NCBI GenBank assembly: GCA_963807075.1
Contig: CAWEAO010000018.1
Location: 273,555-337,554, forward strand
Direction: 5' to 3'
Length of the DNA stretch: 64,000 nucleotides
Origin: an uncultured Acidobacteriaceae bacterium
GTDB lineage: Bacteria; Acidobacteriota; Terriglobia; Terriglobales; Acidobacteriaceae
In this document: positions 1-8,460 of the stretch, piece after piece
Position numbering within the stretch: position 1 is the first letter of the stretch
Layout: every line of letters starts with the position of its first letter
Notes under the pieces: model-generated
The model's input: only the letters and a program-made list of their open reading frames with translations
Database searches by the model: none
What the model was told of the DNA's origin: nothing
Program-made: the position numbers and the translations under genes

Positions 1-323
1 CATTGGACTGGGCGGAGCACACAACTCCGATTGCAATTGAGGCAAGAATCACCGTCGTCCTCATCGTGATCTCCGCGACGCATTTTACGCCCGCACCGGT
101 TTGCAGTCTGTGAGACGGCTATGCGGCGGGATCGGTCTGATGGCTCTGCCCTCCTCTGTCGCTTTCGGGGGCCGTGCATGAAAATCACAGGGCGATCATC
201 GTTGTCTGAATTGCGGCTCCGTGTAACGCATTTCAGCTTCCACGATGTACGATTCTCACGCGGGGAAATTGAAGTGTGGATGACACTCGAAACTCAACCC
301 CCGGTCGAACACGAGGATCGGAC

Positions 324-1922
324 ATGATGAATTCGCACCGCACCGGACTTTGTCATTTTCTGTTGCTTTCCGCAGCAATCCTATTGCCTGCGACTATCTC
401 CGCGCAGGAGAAGCCCGCCGTCAAACTCGACCCCTCTGTAATGCCAAAGCTTGGCACGGTGGACCCGCGCTATCTCTCCTATAACATCGAGATGGTTGAA
501 GTGACCGGCGGCAGGTTCTGGAAGCCCTACAATTCTCCTCCTCCAACCGATGCCGAAAAGCAAAAAGCACAGAGTAATCCGAACCAGCAGGTCGGCATCA
601 GCCCAACCATGTTTCAATATCGCCCGCCCATCGAGCTCGCCAATGCCCGTCTTCGCAAGCTGGCTGCAGCGCTGGGGCCCTCCTATGTCAGGGTCAGCGG
701 AACATGGGCGAACAGTACGTATTTTCAGGACAACGATAATCCCGCAGCCGCCGAGGCGCCCGCGGGCTTCAAAACAGTGCTCACGCGTGCGGAGTGGAAA
801 GGCGTGATCGATTTCGCTCGCGCCGCGAATGCGCAAATTGTCACCTCCGTTGCCATCAGCGATGGAACAAGAAATCATGAGAGCGTCTGGACACCCGATC
901 AGGCAAAGGAGTTTTTCGCTTACACAAAGCGCGCCGGAGGTGTCATCGCAGCCTCTGAGTTCATGAATGAGCCAACCTTTCCAAATCCAGGCGGTGCTCC
1001 GAAGGACTACGACGCAGCCGCATTTGCTCGCGACGCAAAACTCTTCGAGACATTCCTGCGGAAAGAGTCGCCCAAGACTGTGTTTCTTGGCCCCGGCGGT
1101 GTTGGAGAAGGTATCTCCCTCGGACCGCCAGGGATGAAGATGACGTTGCTTCCAACGGAGGACCTGCTCAAAGCTACCGGGCCGATATTCGATGCATTTT
1201 CCTATCACTTCTACGGCGCGGTTTCACGACGCTGCGGCGGAAAACTGACCATCGATCAGGCGCTCTCGGCTGATTGGCTCGATCGCACGGATACGGTCGA
1301 AGCATTTTACGCAACACTCCGCGACCGCTATCTTCCCGGAAAGCCGATGTGGCTTAACGAAACCGCCGAAGCAGCCTGCGGAGGCGACCCCTTCGCCGGT
1401 CAGTTCGTCGACACATTCCGCTTTCTCAACCAGCTTGGCACGCTGGCGCAGAAGGGCGTTCAAGTCGTCATGCACAACACGCTCGCGGCCAGCGATTACA
1501 GCCTCCTCACCAGCGATACTTTCCAACCCAAGCCCGACTTCTGGGCGGCTGTGCTCTGGAAACAGACGATGGGCACCACGGTACTGAATCCGCTTGCGCC
1601 TTCCGACCCGGCGCTCAGAATCTACGCACACTGCGCGAAGGATTCGATAGATGAAATCACGCTGCTTGTGCTCAATACCGACAAGAATGAGAAACGCAGG
1701 ATTGTGCTTCCTTCCGCCGCTGAACGGTATACTCTCACCGCCGATGCACTTGATAGCACGTCGGTCTCTCTGAACGGCACCGCTCTGAAGGCAGCGCCAG
1801 ATGGGTCGCTACCGCCGATCAGCGGCCAACCTGTCAATGCTGGACCCTTCACACTCGACCCGCTGAGCATAACGTTCTTCACCATGTCCGCGCGGAACAA
1901 GAGTTGCCATGGAATGATGTAG
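324..1922 (+). CDS. Secreted glycoside hydrolase, GH79 (heparanase/beta-glucuronidase)-like
   Basis: Signal peptide after ATG at 324 (GAGGA upstream); clan GH-A motifs EFMNEP and WLNET(AEAACGG), VRVSGT, QLGTLAQKGVQVVMHNTL, PKPDFW; C-terminal beta domain. ORF track starts at 276. Confidence 0.75.
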   Translation: MMNSHRTGLCHFLLLSAAILLPATISAQEKPAVKLDPSVMPKLGTVDPRYLSYNIEMVEVTGGRFWKPYNSPPPTDAEKQKAQSNPNQQVGISPTMFQYRPPIELANARLRKLAAALGPSYVRVSGTWANSTYFQDNDNPAAAEAPAGFKTVLTRAEWKGVIDFARAANAQIVTSVAISDGTRNHESVWTPDQAKEFFAYTKRAGGVIAASEFMNEPTFPNPGGAPKDYDAAAFARDAKLFETFLRKESPKTVFLGPGGVGEGISLGPPGMKMTLLPTEDLLKATGPIFDAFSYHFYGAVSRRCGGKLTIDQALSADWLDRTDTVEAFYATLRDRYLPGKPMWLNETAEAACGGDPFAGQFVDTFRFLNQLGTLAQKGVQVVMHNTLAASDYSLLTSDTFQPKPDFWAAVLWKQTMGTTVLNPLAPSDPALRIYAHCAKDSIDEITLLVLNTDKNEKRRIVLPSAAERYTLTADALDSTSVSLNGTALKAAPDGSLPPISGQPVNAGPFTLDPLSITFFTMSARNKSCHGMM

Positions 1923-1982
1923 AGACCAGGATAGTCCCGGAAAGATGCCGGTCCTCTAACATTCAATACAATTAGGTCCATC

Positions 1983-3368
1983 GTGATTGTCAACCTGGCC
2001 AGGCGCGCGCATGACCATAACTGGGAACTCGATCCCATTACCCGGTCCCTGCTCGATACGGACTTTTACAAATTGCTCATGCTTCAGTTCATCTGGAAGC
2101 ATTTTCCGAAGACGCGCGCCACTTTCACTGTAATCAATCGCTCGCATGAGGTGCCGCTCGGCGACATTGTGGATATACGCGAATTGCGTGAACAACTGGA
2201 AGCAACGCGTAAACTGCGCTTCCATAAATCAGAACTGATCTGGCTTGCCGGCAACACGTTCTACGGACGCCGTGGCATCTTCGAGCCGGCATTCCTTCAG
2301 TGGCTCGATCGCGATTTTCGTCTTTCGGACTTCGATCTTTCCATTCATGAAGGCCAGATATCGCTTCGCTTCGACGGCCTCTGGACCGATACAACGATGT
2401 GGGAGATCTACTGTCTATCGGCAATCGATGAGCTCAAAACCCGCGCGAGTCTCAAGAAGCTCTCCGAACTGGAACTGGATATTCTGTACGCGCGCGCGAA
2501 AACACGCCTGTGGGAGAAAATGGCACGCCTTCGCGGCGTGCCCGATCTCAACGTCAGCGACTTTGGCACCCGCCGCCGCCACAGCTTCCTGTGGCAGGAG
2601 TATGTGGTGAAAGCCATGAGCGACGTGCTTGGCGCGAATTTCATCGGTAGCTCGAACACCTACATGGCATATACGCACGACCTGGAGGCCATCGGTACGA
2701 ATGCGCACGAATTGCCGATGGCGATGGCCGCTCTTGCCAATAGTGATGAAGAGTTGAAGCACGCGCAGTACCGCATGCTTGAACTTTGGCAACAGACTTA
2801 CCAGGGCGAATTGCTTATCCTGCTGCCGGACACATTCGGCACTACGCAATTTCTTGATAACGCTCCGGACTGGGTGGCGAACTGGACCGGCCAGCGCATG
2901 GACAGCAAGGATCCCTACCTTGCGGGCGATGAATATATCGGGTGGCTCCATCAGCACGGCCGTGATCCGAGATCCAAGCGGCTGATTGCATCAGACGGGC
3001 TCGACGTCGATCTCATTCTTTCCCTGCATGCACACTTTGGCGGGACAATTCTTAGTGATTCGTCACCGGCGGACTTTCGCAGCGCCGGCGATTTTCTCGA
3101 CAGGAAGAAATGGAAGCCGGAACCCCGGATCCGCTTCAGCGCCGGTTGGGGAACGTACCTCACCAACGATTTTCGGAACTGCAATCCTCGCAATGATGAC
3201 GGCTTCAATCCGGTCAGCCTGGTCTGCAAGCTTAGCGAAGTTGACGGGCGACCCGCGGTCAAGCTCTCAGACAATTACCAGAAGGCGATGGGGCCTCCGG
3301 CTGAAATCGAGCGTTATCGGCGGATTTTTGGAACCGCCGGAGTTGAAAATGTTCCGGTCACTGTTTGA
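1983..3368 (+). CDS. pncB: Nicotinate phosphoribosyltransferase
   Basis: SLLDTDFYKLLMLQ, DFGTRRRHS, GTNAHE, LPDTFGT, RMDSKDP, SDGLD, FSAGWGTYLTND, KLSDNYQKA motifs. Confidence 0.93.
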   Translation: MIVNLARRAHDHNWELDPITRSLLDTDFYKLLMLQFIWKHFPKTRATFTVINRSHEVPLGDIVDIRELREQLEATRKLRFHKSELIWLAGNTFYGRRGIFEPAFLQWLDRDFRLSDFDLSIHEGQISLRFDGLWTDTTMWEIYCLSAIDELKTRASLKKLSELELDILYARAKTRLWEKMARLRGVPDLNVSDFGTRRRHSFLWQEYVVKAMSDVLGANFIGSSNTYMAYTHDLEAIGTNAHELPMAMAALANSDEELKHAQYRMLELWQQTYQGELLILLPDTFGTTQFLDNAPDWVANWTGQRMDSKDPYLAGDEYIGWLHQHGRDPRSKRLIASDGLDVDLILSLHAHFGGTILSDSSPADFRSAGDFLDRKKWKPEPRIRFSAGWGTYLTNDFRNCNPRNDDGFNPVSLVCKLSEVDGRPAVKLSDNYQKAMGPPAEIERYRRIFGTAGVENVPVTV

Positions 3369-3428
3369 ATATTTCAGAGGCGAATTGTCAGCAAAAAATG
3401 TACGATGAAACGATCTCAGTAAGGAGAG

Positions 3429-3893
3429 GTGGCTTTGAAGAAATTTCTGGTGATTGCAGCAGCGGTGGCCTTTGTGGTGATGGGACGCCCGGTCGCGAAT
3501 GCTCAGGACCTGGGTATCAGTGGAAAATGGCACTTCGTTCTGGAGACCCCCGGTGGCGACCGCGAAGTTGACGCCGATTTCACCGTAGATGGCGACGGAA
3601 ATGTTACGGGAAAATGGGGCAATTCCGACGTTGCGGGGACCTACAAAGAAGGGAAACTCGCTCTCGATTTCCAGTTCACTTCGGAAGAGGTGGGAGCCAC
3701 CGCCTCAATGAAGATTGACGGCAAGCTGGACGATACCGCGGCTCTCGCGGGCGACTGGGCATTTTCCGAGTACAACGGAACGTACAAAGCGATGCGCCCG
3801 GCGGCGCCTGGACCTGCGGCTGCGCCTGCTCCTGCGGCTGCGCCAGTTCCAGCTTCGGATGCGAAGCCGAATGCGCCCGCCGATCCCCATTGA
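3429..3893 (+). CDS. Exported hypothetical protein, small beta domain with Pro/Ala-rich tail
   Basis: Signal peptide (KKFLVIAAAVAFVVMGRPVANA), ISGKWHF beta-rich domain, PAPAAAP tail; AAGGAGAGG upstream, true start may be TTG at 3435. Confidence 0.7.
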   Translation: MALKKFLVIAAAVAFVVMGRPVANAQDLGISGKWHFVLETPGGDREVDADFTVDGDGNVTGKWGNSDVAGTYKEGKLALDFQFTSEEVGATASMKIDGKLDDTAALAGDWAFSEYNGTYKAMRPAAPGPAAAPAPAAAPVPASDAKPNAPADPH

Positions 3894-4131
3894 GGCGGTA
3901 TCCCGATTTTCACGACGCGGCCCTGTTCTCAAAGGACAGGGCCTGCGTTTTGGTTAGAACAACCGATGTTTCGGCTTTAGGGGCACAATTGCCTGGTTTT
4001 GTTCCTCTAAGGCGAAAACCGGCCGTCTCTCTCGGGGCCGGTGGCTTTGTCTTGTGGATACTGCTTTCTTTTCAATTGTTAGCAAGTCTATGATGGATGA
4101 GTGAGCACGCGCTTATTTAGGGGGCACACTT

Positions 4132-4701
4132 TTGGCGCGACCAAAGAGCGATAGCAAGCGGAAGGCGATCCTCGAGGCGTCGATGGACTTGTTCGCGGCG
4201 CGAGGCATCGGACATACACCGACCTCGGCAATTTCGGCAGCCGCAGGTATAGCGGAAGGAACGCTGTTTACCTATTTCAAGACCAAGGATGAGCTCCTGA
4301 ACGAGCTCTATCGTGAGCTGCGCAAGGAGATGGACCAGGAGATGGGGGATTACCCGTTCGCTGCGGACGCCTATATCCGGCTTCGCTACGTCTGGGACCG
4401 TTATCTAAGCCTGGCAATGAGGTTTCCGAAGCGTCTGAAAGTGCTACAGCAGTTGCGTGCTTCCGGCCGGTTGCTCAAAGATGCTGAAGCACCCAACACG
4501 GCGATCATGGAGCTGCTACACACCACCAAGGAAGCTGCCAAAACAGGTGGTTTTCACGCGGCATCGGCCGAGCTTCTTGTGCTTCTGTTCCGCGCCCAGG
4601 CGGAAGCGACAGTTGAGTTTATTGGGGCGCATCGAGACCTTGAGGTGGAGAGCCGGGAACTGGGGTTCACGCTGATCTGGCGGGGTCTCACCGGGGCCTG
4701 A
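4132..4701 (+). CDS. TetR/AcrR family transcriptional regulator
   Basis: N-terminal HTH: ILEASMDLFAARGIGHTPTSAISAAAGIAEGTLFTYFKTKDELLNELY. Confidence 0.92.
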   Translation: MARPKSDSKRKAILEASMDLFAARGIGHTPTSAISAAAGIAEGTLFTYFKTKDELLNELYRELRKEMDQEMGDYPFAADAYIRLRYVWDRYLSLAMRFPKRLKVLQQLRASGRLLKDAEAPNTAIMELLHTTKEAAKTGGFHAASAELLVLLFRAQAEATVEFIGAHRDLEVESRELGFTLIWRGLTGA

Positions 4702-4719
4702 TTTATCTGCATTTAATGA

Positions 4720-5712
4720 GTGAGTGGTCATTTATTACTCTCCAATGCAAGATCTTTAGGAGAATTAGAAGTCGTGCAAGAATCAAGCGGTTCGCAACAC
4801 CGGGTTGCGGCCATCATCCCCTCTGACATCGGGAAATTGGCAATTGTTACATCTTCCACAAGTGGAATCGGTTTCGAGACCGCGCTCGCGCTGGCCCGGG
4901 CCGGGGCGGACATCATTGTTACAGGACGAGATTCAGGTGACGGGCATGAGGCTCTGGCCAAAATCAGGCCATTGGCGCCGCAAGCCCTGGTGCGTTTCGA
5001 AAAGCTGGACCTGGAGAGCCAGGCGTCGGTGGCTAGTTTCGCGATTCGACTGGCCAAGGCCGGCAGGCCGATTGATCTACTGATCAATAACGCGTGCACG
5101 CTGGCATTGCTGAAGCGGGAAGTGACAGCAGACGGATTTGAACTGCACCTGGCGACCAACTTTCTGAGCCACTTTGCACTTACGGCGCGTTTGCTACCTC
5201 TTTTGCGGGCCAGCAAGCAGCCGAGGGTGGTACAGCTCACCAGCACCGGGCGTCATCACGGAGAAATTTCACTGGATGATCTGCAGCTCGAGAGTGGGTA
5301 TACACCCCTGAGGGCGTACAGCCAGTCGAAGCTAGCCATGCTGATTTTCGCCATCGAATTACAGCGGCAGAGCGATGCGCATGGATGGGGGCTGGTGGGG
5401 GCCTCGGCGCAGCCTATCGGCGCGCGTGCAGCGCTGCTTGCGAATGCGACCGAAGTGACTGGATCGGTCGGTTGGTATCATCGCGCGCTGGGGGTTGTAC
5501 CTCCTCAAGCGCAAGGCGGAGTGCTACAGGCTGTACTGGACATATCCGAGCAGGAAGAGCAAAAGGATCCGACAGCTGCGAGAAGCCTTGCCGATCTAAT
5601 CGGGCCTACCGTTCCAGAGGCGCTGGATCTGCGCGTGCTGGATCCCGTGATGGGGCGCAAGCTGTGGGACATGGCTACTGAACTGACGCGGGTGCTGTGG
5701 CCGAGTGAATAA
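4720..5712 (+). CDS. Short-chain dehydrogenase/reductase (retinol-DH/WWOX-like), degenerate cofactor motifs
   Basis: IVTSSTSGIGFETALALA, LDLESQASV, IDLLINNA, DGFELHLATNFLSHFALT, YSQSK. Real start may be GTG 4774. Confidence 0.8.
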   Translation: MSGHLLLSNARSLGELEVVQESSGSQHRVAAIIPSDIGKLAIVTSSTSGIGFETALALARAGADIIVTGRDSGDGHEALAKIRPLAPQALVRFEKLDLESQASVASFAIRLAKAGRPIDLLINNACTLALLKREVTADGFELHLATNFLSHFALTARLLPLLRASKQPRVVQLTSTGRHHGEISLDDLQLESGYTPLRAYSQSKLAMLIFAIELQRQSDAHGWGLVGASAQPIGARAALLANATEVTGSVGWYHRALGVVPPQAQGGVLQAVLDISEQEEQKDPTAARSLADLIGPTVPEALDLRVLDPVMGRKLWDMATELTRVLWPSE

Positions 5713-5729
5713 GTAACGACCGCTGAAGT

Positions 5730-6113
5730 CTATTGCGGATTTGAAGCCGGGGCCGAATCCTGCGTATCGGCAGGGGGCGGGACCGGCTTGTTCTTTGCGC
5801 GCAGATACGCGATCAGGTCAGTGACATCCTCATCCGTCACCGACTCGCGAAAGGGCGGCATTTTCTGACCGCCATTGAGAATCTGGCTGGTAATTTTATC
5901 GGGGCTCCAGGTCTTGTCTTTAGGAAGCCCAATGAGCGATGGAGCCTTTTTGGTTCCGACGCCTCCGATACCGTGGCAGTAAGTGCAGCCCTTGTCGCGG
6001 AACAGGATGGCGCCTGCTTTTTCTTCGTCGCCCTTTTTTGACGCCGAGAGTGCGGAGGGAGTTGCGAGGAGTGCAATGAGGCCAAGAAACAGGAGAGAAC
6101 TGGAGGGCTTCAT
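5730..6113 (-). CDS. Monoheme class I cytochrome c, exported
   Basis: Signal peptide; CTYCH heme motif; KAPSL; distal Met in GGQKMPPF. Confidence 0.88.
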   Translation of the reverse strand: MKPSSSLLFLGLIALLATPSALSASKKGDEEKAGAILFRDKGCTYCHGIGGVGTKKAPSLIGLPKDKTWSPDKITSQILNGGQKMPPFRESVTDEDVTDLIAYLRAKNKPVPPPADTQDSAPASNPQ

Positions 6114-6129
6114 CCGATGGATCACATTG

Positions 6130-7197
6130 TTATTTTCTCATGCCGGTTTTGCTTTCGTGGTAAGCGCGCGCCTCGAGTTCCTCGATGGTGAGAGGGATGC
6201 AGCCCGGCGCGACGATGCCATATTTCACGTCGAGGAAATCACGCAGTTGGGCGGGCAGGTGAGGAACGATTTCCTGCCAGGTAATGGCCTTGCACCGTGT
6301 GCGCATGTCGGCGCCTTTGACGGCACTCATCACCTGGAACCAGGATTCGCGCAAGTCGGGTCGGCGTTCGTCGTGAACCACACAGAAGCTTGCTCGCGCG
6401 GCGTGGGCGCCCAGGACGTTGCGAATGAGCTGGTAGCTCGCGTAGCCCGACTGCCAGGGCTGTTCGGCATCGGCACGGGCTTCGATCCCGGCTTGGAATT
6501 CTCGTGCGACTTCCTCTGATCGATCGCAGGGAGGTTCCCATTCCTGCGTGAATTGTTCAACGAGCTCCACGGCTTGGCGACGGCGGCGAGTGCGCATCTG
6601 AACGCGCGGGAGCAACTCGCGATCGAAAACATCGTCGAAGTCGCGGTAGGCCTCGACGATGTGGGCTTCGCGACATTGGAAGTCCGACTCCGTGAGCTTG
6701 GCTTCGACGAGCAGGTCGCCCCAGCGCATATCGACTTCAGTGCGATCGACGCGTCCGCTGTTGAGAGGCACGCAGGCCTTCCAACCGAAGATGGGTTCAG
6801 ATTCTGTATCGATGCCGATGGCACGCCTCAGCGCCGGCGAAGCTGTGACTTCGGACGCACAGAAAATATTCATCAGCAGTGCATCGGAGCTCATGCAGGA
6901 ATCGAGTTCGCGCCATTTGCGTGCGGGATCGATTTGGGGGCGGGGGAGCGAGCGGCCCTGGGCATGAATCTTGTTGAATCGGCGGATCCACTCGGCGTGT
7001 GCGGAGATGGCTGCGTAGGCGGGCGGGTAGAAGTTGCCGTGGTGGCTGTCTTCTGGGGCGTAGACGACGACCGGGTTGCCACCGTAGCTTTCAACGTGGG
7101 CATGGCTGCGCGCGTAGAGCCGGTTGCGTTGGGCGAGGTCGGACCGGAGTTGGCTGGCGCGGAGGAATGCGGTCACGGAGAAGAGATCAGATGTCAT
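6130..7197 (-). CDS. Putative PD-(D/E)XK nuclease (resembles PGN_0703-family putative restriction endonuclease)
   Basis: SCMSSDALLMNIF, RTEVDM-x6-LVEAKLTESDF, YQLIRN; D...EAK spacing fits a PD-(D/E)XK active site. Confidence 0.6.
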   Translation of the reverse strand: MTSDLFSVTAFLRASQLRSDLAQRNRLYARSHAHVESYGGNPVVVYAPEDSHHGNFYPPAYAAISAHAEWIRRFNKIHAQGRSLPRPQIDPARKWRELDSCMSSDALLMNIFCASEVTASPALRRAIGIDTESEPIFGWKACVPLNSGRVDRTEVDMRWGDLLVEAKLTESDFQCREAHIVEAYRDFDDVFDRELLPRVQMRTRRRRQAVELVEQFTQEWEPPCDRSEEVAREFQAGIEARADAEQPWQSGYASYQLIRNVLGAHAARASFCVVHDERRPDLRESWFQVMSAVKGADMRTRCKAITWQEIVPHLPAQLRDFLDVKYGIVAPGCIPLTIEELEARAYHESKTGMRK

Positions 7198-7496
7198 GTG
7201 GTCCACTGGCTTACAGTTTTACGATTTCACGTTTCGAAGGTACTACCGCTGCCTCGTGCCGAAAATTGAGCAAACGCCGGTGGATTGGCGGAGTTTAGAG
7301 GGCTGCGCGGCAGGAGGAGAACAGGGGCGTGGTGACGAAAGGGCATGGTGCGGAATGGGGATTGCGATTGAAGAAGAAGCGGTTAGCTAATGATATTGCA
7401 GGCGATGGACTCGCGCATTATACTTACTCCACTTAACGTGGGGCGGACCTCAAGAGATTTGCCAAACCTGCAATTGAATAGAAGCGGGAGGATCAG

Positions 7497-8069
7497 ATGT
7501 TGAAAGCATTGTGGCGCGGTTGTGTATTCGCAGGATGCCTTGGTTCGTTGGCGATTGGTGCGCACGCTCAAGCAGTTGTGCATGCATTGACGGGCACGGT
7601 GAGCGGAAGCGATGACCTTTCGAAGACGCTGATGGTATTTCAGGACAATGGCTCGGAGAGTCAGTTCAAAGACATGACGAGCGGAAAGACCCGTGTTGTG
7701 ATTGATAAGAAGATCGGGCTCGATTCCGCGTCGCTTGAGGCCAACAAGAAGAAGGGCACTTATGTAATTGTCTTCTACTACGGCGACAATGACGACCGAA
7801 CCGTGGTGGCCCTGAAGAACCTCGGCGCAGGTCCTTTTACCTCGGCCGAGGGAACCGTAACAAAATTCGAGGGCAAGCAACACACAATTACATTGCTGGG
7901 TAAGGAGGGGGGCGAGCAGACCTTCAAGATCAGCGAGAACACGGTGGCAGATGGATACATGGGCGCAGTGGACGGATACAAATTCCAGGCGTCGAAAGGC
8001 GACCATGTTCGGGTGGTGGGGACGACGGAAAACGGAGCTGTGATGGCTTTGTTTATGCGGGAGATGTAA
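7497..8069 (+). CDS. Exported hypothetical protein with two OB-fold-like repeats
   Basis: Signal peptide ending AHA; two similar halves (LTGTVSGSD...KKGTYVIVFY and AEGTVTKFE...KGDHVRVVG); fold call is inference. Confidence 0.65.
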   Translation: MLKALWRGCVFAGCLGSLAIGAHAQAVVHALTGTVSGSDDLSKTLMVFQDNGSESQFKDMTSGKTRVVIDKKIGLDSASLEANKKKGTYVIVFYYGDNDDRTVVALKNLGAGPFTSAEGTVTKFEGKQHTITLLGKEGGEQTFKISENTVADGYMGAVDGYKFQASKGDHVRVVGTTENGAVMALFMREM

Positions 8070-8203
8070 GAAATAGGGAACAAGGGTGGTTGGTTTAAGG
8101 CCCGGGCCGCACGCTTTTGTCGTGCGGCTTTTGTGTTTTTGTTGGTTCATAGTCTCCGACGAATGTCTTGCACAGAATTGCGGTTCCATTGATTGCGCGA
8201 GAT

Positions 8204-8420
8204 CGTGCTTTCCCACCCATGCCGCGATGAGGCTGCGTCATGGATGGGGCACCCCAGCTTTGTTCAGATGACACCTGTTGTTTGTGTTCGTGTTCGTGCT
8301 TTCCCACCCATGCCGCGATGAGGCTGCGTCATGGATGGGGCACCCGGCTCGAGACGCATGTTTTGTGGAGACGCGGACGAAGAGCAACTTCAGATCCCTC
8401 GGCTTCGCTCGGGATGACAC
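8204..8420. repeat. REP-like palindrome cluster
   Basis: Two tandem copies of GTGCTTTCCCACCCATG-CCGCGATGAGGCTGCGT-CATGGATGGGGCACCC (8204-8254, 8295-8345) plus AGATCCCTCGGCTTCGCTCGGGATGAC (about 8393-8419). Confidence 0.85.
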
Positions 8421-8460
8421 CACTTATAAGTGGGTGGTGTGGAGGGATTGATGGGGCAGG

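Noticed and set aside
8204-8345. Tandem 51-nt direct repeats resembling a CRISPR array
   Set aside because: Only two adjacent copies, too long, dispersed copies elsewhere, no cas genes; fits REP-like elements.
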